The notes under the pieces: generated by a model
The model's input: the letters and a program-made list of their open reading frames with translations, nothing else
Database searches by the model: none
Told to the model about the DNA's origin: nothing
Shown here: piece after piece, positions 1-14,095 of the stretch
Layout of the letters: the number at the start of each line of letters is the position of its first letter
Position numbering within the stretch: the first letter of the stretch is position 1
Source of the DNA: Isurus oxyrinchus
Taxonomy: Eukaryota
Length of the DNA: 64,000 bases
Reading direction: 5' to 3'
Assembly: GCA_026770705.1 (NCBI GenBank)
Contig: JANJGN010000002.1
Location: 209,250,001-209,314,000, forward strand
Made by a program: the position numbers and the translations under genes

Positions 1-361
1 TCATCCCTGGGCAGGATGAGGTTCCCTAAGGCAATTAAACATCAAATAAAAATTTTATTTTTGAATTGAAAACATGTCCCAGCTCATGTGACAGAGTCAC
101 ATGAGGGGACACGTTTTATGACATTTTTATTTTCTTTCTTTTTTTTTAAACAGCAATTCATCTCCCTGAGGCAGCTCTTTCACGCGCATGCACGAACTGT
201 GCACTAGGCCCACTCACCCTCCTTCCCCCATGCTGCCGCTCGCGTTCCGTGTTGGGAGGGCTTAATTGGCCCACCCGCGTGAAATCGCAGTGCGGAGCCA
301 AAGGCAGGCGGCATCCTGATTGTCCCCACCGAGCACCCCAGCCAAGGGCAAAATCCTGCCC
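1..361. mobile_element. Right part of a Harbinger-type MITE (left end outside window)
   Basis: Ends in AAAATCCTGCCC, resembling the TIR of 3063-3753, and shares internal blocks (ACATGTCCCAGCTCATGTGACA, GTCACATGAGGGGA, AATTGGCCCACCC) with it. Confidence 0.75.
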
Positions 362-949
362 AATGTCTCTATTTATTATGTGCAGGATCCTTTTTTTATG
401 CATTGTTAACCTGTCTTGCCATCTTGAAGGATTCATGCAGCAACACCCTCAGCTCTTTTTGTTCTTGAATCCCCTTTCATCTCACTGACTTCAATTTTGC
501 CACACTAGCATTACCTCTACTCTCTCCTATTCCGTTACCCCTCCCATACATCCTCATGTCCTTTCTCCTGTACCTGTCTTCACTGCTTTCTCCCCTCCAT
601 CCTCCTTCCCCTCATCACTCTTCCTCTGCCCCCTCCCTCCCCAATCAGGGTCAAATTGTTCCTGCTCTCTAATCCTGCTGGGCCTAAATACTTTACTTCA
701 AGTTTGCCTGTGCCTTTTATATACGTTGGTAGTGGAAACTTTTAAGGAACCAATGCAACATTTGGAGGAAACAATTTTATATTCCTTGCTACTGACATTT
801 TTTTTTTACAGAAATCTCCCAAAGTATTAGTATTAATGAGAATGAATGAAGTAGGCATGTTTTAATTTTTAAAAAGTTACACAATATATATTACATATAT
901 AAAGTTTAATCAAATGAATGTATCTAAAGTGTAAAAAAAATTATGGATC

Positions 950-2916
950 ATGCCTGTCAGCTAGACGCTTCAACTGATTAACTGCAATATCTAGCCGAGA
1001 GGCACAATCCCTGTTTTTACAATTTTCTGAACCCCACCTACCACAAACTTGTGTGCCAATCCCAACAGTTGATAGAAATGAATTAATCACTGACAAGGCA
1101 GCTGAAATGGAAAGGTGGCATGAACACTTCATCGGGTTCAACAGACTCTCACAGCTCAGCAGATTCCCTGCATTAAATTGAGCAGTTGCCTGAGAGAGAA
1201 AGCCCGTCTCTTCCTCCTTCCATTGAAGATTAGATAAAGGCAATCAAATCCAAACCCCTAGCCAGATGGCATTCCAGCAGCAATTTGGAAGTATCATACA
1301 GAGCTTGTTAACAAACGTACAGCTGTCTTCAAGGAAACCAGGGATCAGGAAAAGTTTCACAGATGCCAACATAGTCAGCATCTGGAAGTGGAAAGGATTC
1401 AAAAATGTATTTGGCTACTACTAAGGAACAAGTCTTCTCTCAATCGCAGGAAAGATCCTTACAAGGATCCTATTAAACCATCCACTGGATAGCTACGTAG
1501 ATGATGTCCTCTCGGAATCACAGTGTGGTTTTAGGGCTAGTGTGGAACAGCTGATACAGTGTTTGCAGCAAGACAACTCCAAGAAAAGTGCAGAAAGCAA
1601 TATCAAGATCTATATATGCTGTCCATACATAGATCTAAGTAAAGCTTTTGACAGTAAACGCCAACCTGGTCTATAGCATTTGCGCTTCAAGCTAAATGTC
1701 CAAATAAGTGTGTCAAAATCCCACACATACTACATGGTCGCATGGTTGGACATGTTTGTGCCTGTGGCAAGATGTCCGATCTTGCAGCAATCAGCAGCAT
1801 AAAGCAAGGATGCATCATGGCTCCCCAACTCTTCAATCTCTTCTTCACTGTAAAGTTTAAGGAAACCTCCAGAGACATGCCTGCAGCCATTGCTATTAGG
1901 TTCCATTCAGGGAAGCTCTTCAATCTCTCCAGAATGTGCGCCTCCACGGAAGTCACAGAGGCAGTAATCAGAGAGCTTTAGTATGCAAATGATTGTGCCC
2001 TAGCTTCCCACAACAAGGAAGACACCCAGGCTATGGCAAACAAATTCTCGAGTGCTACCAAAAACTTTAGTCTTCACTTCAGTATCGCCAACATCAAGGT
2101 TATGTTTCAACCAGCACCAGGCACATATCATAAAGCACAGACATAACTGTTGATAATACCAGGCTCAAGGTTATAGAAAAATTCTTGTACCTTGACAGTA
2201 TGCTTTCTAAGGATGCTACTATTGATGAAGAGATCAGTGCACACACCCAGAAAGCAAGTTTTGCCTATGCATATCCATGATATGTTTGGAAGCAGCATGG
2301 CATTAAGCTGAAGACTAAAATCAAATTTTGCCAGGTCACTGTCCTTACCACCCTGCTGTGTGGCACAGAATGCTGGGGCTGCTTTAGGTGCCACAAAGCT
2401 CTGGAACACTTCTACCAAAGGCACCCAAGGTCCATCATGAGAATTTGATGGCAGGACAAACCCACAAACAACAAGGTCCTTCATTATGCTGGGCTCAATA
2501 GCATAGAGACCACCCTCAGAAAATTCCACTTAGATGGACTGACCACGTCCCCTGCATAGATGACTACAGAATCCCCAAGCAGATCATCTTTGGAGAACTG
2601 TCTCAATGCAAACATCATCAACATGATCAGTATAGAGGATACAGGAAAACCTGAAAAAGAGCTTTACAAATTTGTACACTGCAGATCACCTCTCTTGGGA
2701 AAACACTGCAGCTGACCGACTAATGTGCAGGCATTAAAATTTGGTTCAGTATGCCTTAAGGACCAACTACACCAAACTCACAACATCCAACTTTACCAGA
2801 GGTGGCCACCTGCAAAACATCCCCCAGGCACCAACAACATGAACTGCCAGTTCTGTTGTCATCCATGCCTATCTTACACTGGACTCTTTAATCATGAGAG
2901 GACCTGCAGAAGATGA
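950..2916 (+). mobile_element. Decayed RTE-clade LINE (RT domain and C-terminal Cys/His motif)
   Basis: Broken-frame motifs PDGIPA, SLLSIAGKIL, ESQCGFR, RQLQEKCR, DLSKAFD, KQGCIMAPQLF, a degenerate YADD (YANDCA) and C-terminal CQFC...HERTC. Many stops and frameshifts. Confidence 0.9.
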
Positions 2917-3062
2917 TGTAGTCATTTGCTGCTTAGACATATTCTGATAACCAACCAACTACCACCATCTGATTAGAAAGTGAACTAAGTCTTTCGTAAC
3001 CAACTGTACAATTGACTAAGGTTATTATTTGCAATAGTATACCTTCATCAGCCAAAAACATG

Positions 3063-3753
3063 GGGCAGAATTTTACTGTTGGCGAGCAGGGGCGGGACCC
3101 GCTCGCCGACACGTAAAATGACATGGGATGACATCGGGCGGAACTTCCAAAGTCACCCCGCCCCATTTAAATTTTCAGGAAGGTGGGGGTGCAGCAAAAT
3201 CATCTGCACACCCACCGACCTGTCAATGGCCAATTGAGGCCATTGACAGGATCAATTAAGCAATTAAGGGACCTGCCCGTCCAACCTTAAGTTTGGCGGG
3301 CAGGCCAGGAGCCCTGGAGGCAACTAGAAAAAACATCCACCGGTGAGATGAGGTTTCATGTAGGGCTTCAAAAATTTTAATAAAGTTGTTATGGAAATTT
3401 TGAACATGTCCCAACTCATATGACATTGTCACATGAGGGGATAGGTAAGGGAATTTTTTTTTTCAATTTTAATATTGTTGAAAGTAGAGTCGATCTCCCA
3501 GGCAACACTTAGCCTGGGAGATGAGTGCGCCCTAACGTGAGCATGCACGAAAGAGCACACTCTCGATTTTAGGCATTTCCCCCGCCTGCACAGGGAGCGC
3601 ACAGCGCTTCCCTGCAGACGTCACGCTGGGCGGGCCTTAAATTGGCCCACCCACGTAAAATGGCGCCGTGCCTCCGATTGGGGCACCGATCGTAAGCATG
3701 CCCGCATACGCCAGCCCATCAACTTCACCCCCAACGGGGGAAAAATTCTGCCC
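3063..3753. mobile_element. Complete non-autonomous PIF/Harbinger-type MITE
   Basis: 12-bp TIR GGGCAGAATTTT...AAAATTCTGCCC, 3-bp TSD ATG (3060-3062 and 3754-3756), CpG-rich interior, no transposase ORF. Confidence 0.85.
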
Positions 3754-3999
3754 ATGAAATACAATGAGAAACTGCAAAGAGCAGAGGTAGATTCTCCGTC
3801 AGATCAGAGATATTTCTCATTTAATTTCATGTGACTCTAATTTTAATATTGTTTATTGAGAATGTGCAACATCATAGACTTCCTTCATCTGTATTAACTA
3901 ACTTATTTAGTCACAGGAGGGTGGGGAGAAGCAATCACTCTCGATGTGAAAGTTGCTCTGTTTTACAGGGACAAATACTGTAAACAAAAGAAAAACTCT

Positions 4000-4412
4000 C
4001 ATTTATATACTGCCTTTCATGACTTCAGAATATCTCAAGGCACTTTACAACCAATGAAGTAGTTTGAAGTGTGGTCCCTGTTGTAATGCAGCAATTACTT
4101 GTGCAGAGAATATCCTACCAACAGCACTGAAATAATTTGTTTTAGGTTTTGATTTAGGAATAAATATTGGCCAGAATATCAGTGCAACCACTACTCTTCT
4201 TTAAATAGAGCCGTAGGATATTTTATGCGCACTTAAAAGGGACAGACAGAGCCTCAGTTTAACATTTCAGCTGAAAGACACCACTTCCGACACACAGCAC
4301 TCCCTCAGTATTACACTTACGTGTCAGCCTAGATTATGTGTGCAAATCTCTGGAGTGGGACTTGAACACATAACGATCTGACTCAGAGGCAAAAATGCTA
4401 CCACTGAGCTGA
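4000..4412 (-). mobile_element. tRNA-derived Deu-domain SINE (SacSINE1/AmnSINE1-like)
   Basis: Minus strand starts TCAGCTCAGTGGTAGCA (A box) and GTTCAAGTCCC (B box), followed by Deu-like core and an L2-like tail. Family recognised from memory of the consensus. Homologous copy at 45692-46226. Confidence 0.75.
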
Positions 4413-7400
4413 GTTAGAAAAAAATGTCAGACAGACTGTCTCTTTGAAACCTATTTGTGTTCCACTAGCGGTGTACTGTGTTGTCATTCTGGTCAACACA
4501 GCAAATATGGCAGGTGGAATTCTTTAAACAATTTGAAAATCATTAGGACCACAATATTCCTCTCGATCATTGCCAAAACAAGCATAACATTTCTTCAGAA
4601 TTTTAAATTTCAGCCCTTCAGTATACATACAATAAAATTTCATGCAAGATACGACTGAAAAAAAAACAAGCATTCTTTTAGTCATGACGAAGTCCTTCAC
4701 AAACTTGATAAAATCACAGAGTTTGTAACAAACAACCTTTCCGGCAAAATGAAGCCAAAAAGTCATGCAAACAGGAAGGGGAGGTTTTGTATCCAAATTT
4801 ACAAAATGATTAAAATTCAACCTGAAAGCATGAGAATAAAATGATTAATTATGGGTGCAATACCCTAGAGATCCTATGGATCCTTGCAGACCCATACTGC
4901 TGAATATTACAAATGACAGAGAAAACAACTCTGTGGCACGCAACTCTGCAACTCCTTTGGAGTTATGGATTTCTGCGTGAACACTACTTATGCTAAAGCT
5001 GGCAGTGAACTTCATTTGAGTTGTGTGAAAAACAGCATTTTTTTTTCCAGATGTCCCACTTTCATATGCTGCTCATTCTGGTGATTCAGAGCAAGAGCTA
5101 AAAACTCACCACAACAAGCTCAATTGGCCTGGCAATCAGATCAAATGTTCTATTTTGTCACGAAGATGTGATTTTAACAGTTAACTTATAAATTTGACAA
5201 GGACAGACAGGAGTACTGTCTGAATACAAAGCCCAATAAAATGCATTACATTCATTGCATGAAAAGCATATATAATTGAATTGTTTCCACAATAATGAAA
5301 GGAGTGGTGCAAAAATTGCAATATGGGCTACTGTACCATGAAAACATTTTGTTTAAGGCATTCATCCACATTAAAAATTCATAGCACGGGAGGCCAGAGG
5401 GAAAATGGGAGCAAAGCCTGACAGGAAGCTGAGCCCTGCTCCTTCCCACCAATATTTATATTTAAGTAGGCGGGAAACGGGAAGCCATCAGTGGAGAAAG
5501 AAGTGTGGGGGCTGGGGGTGATGTGGTGAAGTGAAATGAAGCTCAGGGCCAGGAGGCAACAGTAATCATTGCAGCCAGTTTTTTTTGCTGCTACCTCACT
5601 CAACTGCAAAGGGCAATTCTGAAGAAAGTAAATATGCAATGAATTAAAGCATCCAATGAAGTTACAGGTTTCAGCTTTCACAAAAGATTCCTGCTATTTA
5701 AATTAATGCTGCACGAGGAACATGTCAAAACAAATACTGACACTACTTTATAAGATGTAAATAATAAACAGCCTACCCATACCCATCAAAAAAAAAATGA
5801 AATTAAATGTGCAATTTTCTCATCATAAACACTCTCCCACTGTCGGATCTGTCATCTTTTGAGACAATAACTTACATTAGAGGGCTCACAGTTAGCATTT
5901 GTATATTAAGTAAAACAATTACGCATAACACTATACTGACTATGAATGAGTGAAAGAGCCACTTTAAATCCCGATGCACTAATTTGTTAAAAGCTCCATT
6001 GGAGTAACAGCATAACTCTAGCTTTAGCCAGAGAATAGACCAATCCAATCTTAAAAAGGAAATCAGTTTGCAAGAGTGCAAACACAAGGATTTCATCTTT
6101 CCCTACAATTCAGCTTTTAATATGAGACATTGAATTTGCAAGAACTTAATCCACTTTTGTGCAGGCCATCTTGAAGTATGAATGATGCAGTTGGGAGTTA
6201 AGTGTTTTCTCTCCAAAAGCACAGTACTGTCACTGTTCTGTAAATGGCTTTAAGAAGTTGTGCTCTATGTGGCATATTTCACACCAGAGAAATGAATTTG
6301 ATTTTGTGGGCATCAAGCAAGTTTGTTATCTGCAAGACTCACATTCTACACAAACAACGTTACAGAGTCAAAAATAATGTGCCAATTACAGGCTGCCCAG
6401 CAGGAAATGAAGTGGTCACAAGCAATCATCTCTTGAAGTGGACGATTCAACGCCTCCTCTGGCTAAATATTTTTGATTATGCAGCTGGTTAACAAAACAA
6501 AACATCACTGGCTGCTGGCGCACTCGACCACAATTTTTACTGTGTTTGAAACACTCGGAACAGATGTCTGTCATGCTCCTGTTCTGAAATGGAAGGCAAC
6601 CCTACAGATTGCACCATATGCTTGTTTGCATGAAAGGGTCAGGGAGAAATTTTCCAGTGTATTTTTTTCCTTTATTGAACCTTTCATCCCTCTTTTCCTG
6701 CAACTCTCAGAAGTTTACACTGGGGGTAAGGGTGGGAGGTGCGGTGACGGACGGTAGTAGGAAAGAGGTCATGGTGCTAAGGCCATGTGAGTGTGCAACA
6801 GGCTTAATGGACCAGTTGGTCTTTATGTATATTTCACCAACACCACCCCCACACCCCCAAGGCTGCTTGAAAACCCAGTATCTCTGAAGTTACTCAATGC
6901 TACAGCACAGAGTTGCAGACTGAAGGTAATACATGCAAAATAAATGCGGCGGAACAGGTTTGCATTCTCAGCCAGGAAAAATGCACAGTGCATGAGACCT
7001 AAAGCAAACATATACATTCATAAGTGCATGCTTGTGCCAAATGAAAGATTGTGTTTTCATTCCTACTAGCAATCCAGTCATAGCAGAAAAAGACAGACTG
7101 AAGAGAAACAGTAGATTTTGGAACAAATCTGTTAATCAGGCAAGACACAGCTTCAAATTTGGTCATATAGTTCATAAGCTTGTTATCAGCCCAAAGTGAG
7201 CATTCTGCTGCACAAAGCTCTTAAGTGTAGCGCAAAGAGCATTAGTTTGACAATGTTCACTGGACAAATCCTGAGCATACAATATACAGGAAATGAAATG
7301 TCACACTGTGGTGGACATGTATTTGAGAGGTGAGGGTGCAAGGGAAAGAGTGCATATAATGTTAAGAATAAAGGGGTCTATGTTCAAAAATTTGCACTTG

Positions 7401-8489
7401 AACTGAAATATCCACCAAATCCCTCTCTGACAAAAATCTGACCTCTTTTATATTTAATAGAGTTTTAACTGTTCAAAAATATACACAGAAAGCAATTTTA
7501 TTAATATTTAATTGAGATGTGAATGATGTGAAAGCACTGGGATGTAAGCTGCACAGCAGTGCTGACTCTCTCTACAGGAATATGGAAATCCATTGTACCA
7601 GATCGGTAAGATAGAAGAATTTCATCTACCCAGTTTGAAAAACAACACTTGCAACAGCTGCAGCCTCAGCCAGAGACAGTACACCCAGGGAAAACCAGCA
7701 GAAGAATCGTTCCAATAAAACAAACAAAGCAAATGAATTGATTTCATGCAACATCCTTTTCCACAAAAATTGTCAATTCTAAGGTATTTAGTTACAGTTG
7801 TTGATTCAAAAAGATGAAGGCCTTAAATTAGCATCATTTGCTACTCTTCCCCTTTTCAATATTCATCCCACATCTGCCATTTTAAAACTAGCCCTCAGAT
7901 AAAAATGTGCCTGGTCCAGATCAGACACACTATCAGCACAACAAAAAGGGACCTATGATCTGACCCAGGCTATACCTAAACTTGCCAAAGCTTAATGTAA
8001 TTATCAAAGCAATCAATAGGTGTGAATGCATCATTGTTCCATTCCTCATCACCAAGGAAATCAACTGTATAAAAACTTCAAAAGTCTCTTTCAAATTCAA
8101 ACAGGTGCAACATTCTATAATCTAACAGCCTATAACAATCTTTTTGACTTCTTGCTATTCTTATACTCTTCCAGTTCACTGGCTGCTTCAAAGTTGTTCT
8201 TCTATTTATATACTTCCTCCCATCTGCTCCACACCTGTGCCTTGCTGTTTGATTTCCTCCAAATCTCCGCTTTGCTCTGATCTGCTTGCTCTCCTACTTT
8301 CCTTTCCATTTCTTTCACAAAGTCATCACCCACACCATCTGCATCCCAGATGTCACCGCATTTGTATCACATGGCCTCACTGATGTACTCATCCGTCCAT
8401 GATTTGAGTTATTCCATAAACCATTAGCAGGGTAACTGCAACCTGCAAACCTTGCTGATACTGGGGTCAGATAGTTTCAGATTCAATTT

Positions 8490-8790
8490 GTGTTTAGTAT
8501 AGCACCTTTAACAAAGTAAAGCAAGCCAAAGTGCCTCACAAGAGCAATCTAACAATGTGGCACCTTGCCTTAATATCTCCTTGTGTGGCTAATGACTAAA
8601 GCCTTGGTCAAAGAGGTAGGTTTTAACAAGCATATTAAAGGAGGAAAGTGAGGGAGGGAATTCCAGAGCTTTAGGGTGTTGGCAGCTGAAGGCAGTCATC
8701 AATGGTGGAACGATTCATTTCAGGGACGCTCAGGAGGCCAGAATTCGAGGAGTACAGATATCTCGAAAGGGGCTGGATGAGATTATAGAG
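8490..8790 (-). mobile_element. Old L2-like LINE 3' end
   Basis: Resembles L2 3' terminal sequence (GGAATTCCAGAGC...GGCAGCTGAAGGCA) in reverse. Highly diverged. Confidence 0.5.
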
Positions 8791-9333
8791 ATAGCAGTGA
8801 CCACCATCACAATAAAAACCATTCTAAAGCACCTCCATATCAGTAACACTGTCAGAGTAGGGGGACCTCATGAAGCAGATCTCACTAGGCCCACTGTAGC
8901 ATGGAATTTGACTTTTACGCCAGTTAATATATTATTGTAGTTTTTTTCCCCAATAAACAATGGGAGAATACGTGGCACAAAATATATTTTTCTCTGTCTT
9001 CCACACTTTCCTTCTATTTAATGGATTACACACTGGAAGTTAACACAGGGTTTACTTTTCTAAGTCTATAACAAGAAACCATGCTTGCCACCAATGCATT
9101 GGAAAATTTTGGGCATGTTGCCTGCAATTTTCTGTCCAAGGCTGGAAAATTGTGGGTAACATGTTTGCAATTTTCCAATATTTGCTGGGAGCAGGTAACA
9201 CCGTTGGCATAGACAAGTGCATTAATAGACATAAAAACAAAAAATTGCGGATGCTGGAAATCCAAAACAAAAACAGAAACAGAAATACCTGGAAAAACTC
9301 ATCAGGTCTGACAGCATCGGCGGAGGAGAGCAC

Positions 9334-9372
9334 AGTTGATGTTTCGAGTCCTCATGACCCTTCAACAGAACT
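9334..9372 (-). ncRNA. Minimal hammerhead ribozyme-like motif (pLTR)
   Basis: Reverse complement reads AGTT-CTGTTGA-A-GGGTC-ATGAG-GACTC-GAAAC-ATC-AACT. Confidence 0.65.
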
Positions 9373-9686
9373 AAGTAAAAATAGGAAAGGGGTGAAATAT
9401 AAGCTGGTTTGGCCGGGGGTGGGGGTAGTTTGTTGGGACAAGCAGCCAATAATAGATGAAGATAACCAAAAGCTGTCACAGACAAAAGAATAAAGAGGTG
9501 TTGAAGGTGGTGATATTATCTAAACCTTTAGATAATATCACCACCTTCAACACCTCTTTGTTCTTTTGTCTGTGACAGCTTTTGGTTATCTCCACCTATT
9601 ACTGGCTGCTTGTCCCAACAAACCACCCCCCCCCCACCCCACCACCTTAAACCAGCTTATATTTCACCCCTTTCCTATTTTTACTT

Positions 9687-9725
9687 AGTTCTGTTGAAGG
9701 GTCATGAGGACTCGAAACATCAACT
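9687..9725 (+). ncRNA. Minimal hammerhead ribozyme-like motif (pLTR)
   Basis: AGTT-CTGTTGA-A-GGGTC-ATGAG-GACTC-GAAAC-ATC-AACT. Confidence 0.65.
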
Positions 9726-9994
9726 GTGCTCTCCTCCGCCGATGCTGCCAGACCTGCTGAGTTTTTCCAGGTATTTCTGTTTCTGTTTTTGTTTTGCATT
9801 AATAGACACTTGGTGAGTTAACAAGGGTAAGATAAAAATTAGGCAGGGGGTCTATTCCTGATTATTTAATGGCTACAGTTTGAAAGTATATGTGTGGAGG
9901 TTGGAAGAGGACAGGACAGAACTTGTTTAAGGCTGAAACGCCTGAGGAGAGGGTAAAATAAATCAAGATGAGCAGAGATAAATATAACTAGATC

Positions 9995-10195
9995 TCAAAA
10001 ATAAAACCTGCAAACTCCTAAAAAGTCCATCAGTAACTGAAAAGAAAAAATAGGCGAATGTTTCAGGTGTAGAGCCAACTGGATAAATGAAATATCTAGC
10101 TGCCTCTTCTTTTTAAAAGAGGACAGTTCTGCTGTGTATTTCAAGTATTTTGTGCCTTTATTTCAGATTTCCAACAGTTGCAGCCTTTTTCATTT
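9995..10195 (-). mobile_element. Very old PLE pLTR-tail remnant
   Basis: CTGCTGTGTATTTCAAGTATTTTGTGCCTTTATTTCAGATTTCCAACAGTTGCAG resembles the pLTR tail, with a degenerate inverted partner to the left. Confidence 0.4.
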
Positions 10196-12359
10196 CAACT
10201 GGAACCAACTCATCCCAAGAGATAACTGTTGAAATATGATCAAGGCCAATTGATTGGTTGCTAATTTTTTTTTGTATAAAATCAGTATTCCACTTCCCAT
10301 GTTCTCTAATTGATCATCCTTACAAGAAGTGTTCGCATTTTAAAAATTTCAAGTGGCTTCTAAAGAAATTACCTTAACATGAGGAAAAATCAGTTATGGA
10401 TTAACCTTACAGAAAACAATCAAAAAAAGTATGCGCTTTTTGATCATTCTTTGTCATAACTTCTGAGCTAAACCCATAGAGTATCATACAGTTTCTGAGG
10501 TGACTTTTATGACACTAAGGGATATCATTTCCTTTAATGACTAACATAAATGAAAATGTCAGTGTGACTGCAAAACAGAGAAAACCATCTTATACTTGCA
10601 TTGGTGACGAGAAAAAAGAATGGCATTCCTAAATGTGTTAAGCTTCACAACAGGCAAAAGTACCTGCACACATTGCAGCGATATCTTCATTATAACATTG
10701 CCATAACAATATACAGCAAATTAGCATATATCTAGATGTGGATAGTGAAGTTTTACATGCTCTGTGCACTCATATTCATTCATGTCAGGTGCATGTGTGG
10801 CATCAGTGAATTAATTATCTTTCATACTCACCACTCTAAGGGAAAAAAGCACATTTCCACTTTTTAAATCTAGGCCTGTCAACAATTGCTGTTCTTAGTA
10901 ACGGCATCAAAAATAATCAAAAACACCACCCAACTTACTTTATAAACATGAAAACGTGCCAGAAAAGGAAAGGATCTCTTCAGTTTGTCAAAGCGACGCA
11001 TGCCTGTGCCGTGTTCTGTTTCCCTTAGCTTTTTAGTTATCAAGTTTATAATGTTCTCCCTTTAAGCAAGTCCAGAATTCCAACTTATCCATTCCATTCT
11101 CCCTGGAGTAAAAATTCCTCAACTTCCCATGACTTAGAAAAACTGCCGCTTTTTCTCGGGGCACAATTCTACATCCCAACATTTTCCATTTTCTTGGAAT
11201 TATAAAAGTAGAACTCGTTTTGCATGTTCACTGTTTATGACTCAAGTGATTTCTTGTCGATGGAATAAATAGCAGCTTTCTCCAATAACATTCGTCTCAA
11301 AGCTGCCATACGCTGTCAGAGTCGACCGAGTACTGAATGGTAAAACTGTACTGCTTTGCTATTCAACTGCAACACAATTTGGACAGAAGCCAGGAGGTCA
11401 ATATTAACTGGAGGATGGAGAGTTCATTTCCTGTGGGCCCCTCAGCTGATGGTTTAACAAGGCAATTCTCCACGCCTCCTCACATACCGCCAACCTCCTC
11501 CCCCCACCCTTCCACACTCCCCCATCCAACCAGCACAGGAGCATACAAGATAAAGCAGTGCTGTACTCGGTCCTGTATTTAAAGCTGAAAAAGGCTAACC
11601 TGTGGTTTCTTGTATAAATCCCCAGCGAAATCAGTCAGAAACGGTGAAAGTCTCAGCTGTGCACTTTCCAGAAAACCATTCAATTTAAAGGGACACTGTT
11701 TTTAGCCGTAGAGGTCTGATGATAATTGCCTTTTATTATTTAAAGAACCAGCTGTCAGATATGTAATTTTCATCAAATTGTTACCACATTCAAATAAGAC
11801 TGCTTCTGAAATAAACACCAAGCCATGCACTTGTAAACAGAATGGGGGGCGGGGGGGGGGGGGGGCGCAAATTATCCTCCATCTTATTCTGAAAGCACAA
11901 CATGTTTCAAGACTTTCAGTGATTTCACTATAGATAAGGCTGTGAGAATTCTGCAACAGTTTAAGGTGATCAAAAATCTCAAGGAACAGAATATAGATTC
12001 TGCAGATTGTCCCACTTTCTTTGATATATTGTGGGGTTGTCTATTCATATTTGTATCTTGTGTGCCATCAATGATATTTTGATCTAGGAACATACAGTAC
12101 TTGGAGAAGAAGGGAACAAGGCAGTAGAGCAGGAGCTGAAACATGGAACAAGAAACCTGAAGCAGCCAACCTGCAAGAATAACCAAGCAGCCGCTCTGCC
12201 ACAGGAAGGGAAGATTCAGGAGCAATGCAGGTTTGGGAATGGGAGCAGTGGAGAAAATATACACCATGAATGTGAGCAGGAAAGGCAGTACTAATACAAT
12301 GGGGCTTTATGGCCAGCTTGTTAACTGACGTACAAGTTTCACAGGAGCAAAAACACTAG

Positions 12360-14095
12360 GGGCTGGATATTTGCAGAGTCAGGCTGATTCAGGGGCTCTT
12401 TACAAATGGCAGGTGTACTGCGACTCCTGGATTCCCACCTCCATTTGTGGCACTGGCAATTTCAGCTAGCATGGATAAGGATGCAGATCGCGAGTCCACG
12501 CCCTGCACGTCCCAGTTCGATTGCAGGTTTAGGTATCCCACAGACTACCCCCACCACCCTACCCTCTCCCCCCAAACCCAGCACTAGAATTTTCATGGAG
12601 TTGGGCCAGCTTGTTGAGGACCCCTGGTTCACAAACCCTCGGAGGAATCATGAACTATAGTCTGGATTTGGAACCTTTCAAAAGCTATGTTTAAAAAGGT
12701 CTTAGCAATGCCCCTATTCCTCTTCCATGGCCTCCATGCCACCTCCATGTCCTCTCACGCAGAATGCGCTATGTACCGAACCAATGAGCCTTATAAATAC
12801 AATGGCAAGTCTTGAAATGCTCATGAAAAAAACGCCCATTCAAAAATCTGCTTTGAAAAAAAGCTGATGCTTTTACAACCTTGAATGCCAATCAAATAGC
12901 CATTCATAGGCCTGAATTTTCAGAGATTAGCCAAAATGGCACTGCAGTCCCTGAATCCAGAAGCCCCTGCCCCATATCCAGCACCCACCATTTTCACCTA
13001 CAGGAGGGGTGGGTGGTGTAAAAACAGAGGTGGAACATACTTTGAATATCCATGGTTCACAGAGATAGAGGCACATTGAAAAATGCTCCTACCTTCATTC
13101 AACAGCAATATTTGCTACCAGGATTTCCAAATCATGACTTACAGTATTTAAGGACTAGAGTTCATTGTAGAGGTCAGCTACCCTTTTGGAGAGCTTATCT
13201 CTTTGGCTATGTTCAGCATACACATGAATGTGTGTTAAAATTGGATAGGGGCTGTGGAACTGTCAAGCTGTCATGTCATTTAAATCACCTGCTCTTTATA
13301 TTATGAAATGAAAGCCTGCAGCTGAAAAAATATCAGTGCATGCAACTTCAATAAATGTTTGTTGACATAAGCCTGAGGACTATCATTATAGTATTAGTAC
13401 TACCTGAATGCTTTAACAACCTACCATTATCACAGCCAGGGTTTGCAAGTTCACAGTTTGACTGACAGCTCCAAGTGGTTATAAAGGGATTAGCTGTCTT
13501 TAATGTAGGGCTATGAATACAAACATTTGTTTGTGTAAAGGATTAACTACTTGAGTGGATTTAAATGCATTGAATGAATTGGCACTAAGTGAGCATAGGG
13601 GCTATAAAGAGTCATGGGGATGAGTGGGTAGAGGAGCATAGGTTGACAAAGGGGAGAAAAAGGGCCATTGGGACAAGTGTGAAGGCATGGAATGGTATGA
13701 GAGGCTATGGGGGATAGGGTGGAAGAGCACAGGTTTACATGGAAGCTATGAGGGGCCATGGTGGTGGGTAGAGGAACATAGGTTGGCACTGCAGTTATGG
13801 GGATAAGTGGGGGAGCATGGGTTGGCATGGAAGGTTTAAGGGGGCAGAGGGCATGAGATACCATGGATGGGATGTGGGGAGGGTGTGGGGGGTGAAGGTG
13901 AGGGCTGAAGGGTCTTACTGTTTTTAATTATGACTGGGACGAAGTCCCAGAGCACGAAGGAGGGCCTTTTAACCAGCCTGTCTTGACATATGGGCTCCCA
14001 CCGCACTGTTTGGGGAGGATGCTCCTGAATTTAGTTGGCGGAGTCAGGAAATTTCCCAACCCCGCACATCTAACTTGGGAGCAAAAATTCAGCCC
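12360..14095. mobile_element. Cluster of decayed Harbinger-type non-autonomous elements
   Basis: TIR-like ends GGGCTGGATATTT (12360), GGCCTGAATTTTC (about 12909) and AAAATTCAGCCC (about 14095). The purine-rich GGCATGG-repeat interior is similar to 22050-22350. Confidence 0.45.

Larger units (their letters stand above)
9232..9794 (+). mobile_element. Non-coding fold-back Penelope-like element (two inverted pLTR arms)
   Basis: Near-perfect inverted repeat centred on TCTAAA-CC-TTTAGA (about 9526). 14-bp TSD TGCATTAATAGACA at 9218-9231 and 9795-9808. Arms match the 3' pLTR of the coding copies. Confidence 0.92.

Noticed and set aside
9152-9816. Recurring peptide KGHEDSKRQLFSSPPMLPDLLSFSR in many ORFs
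   Set aside because: Incidental translation of the pLTR/ribozyme repeat. Frames and starts are inconsistent between copies.
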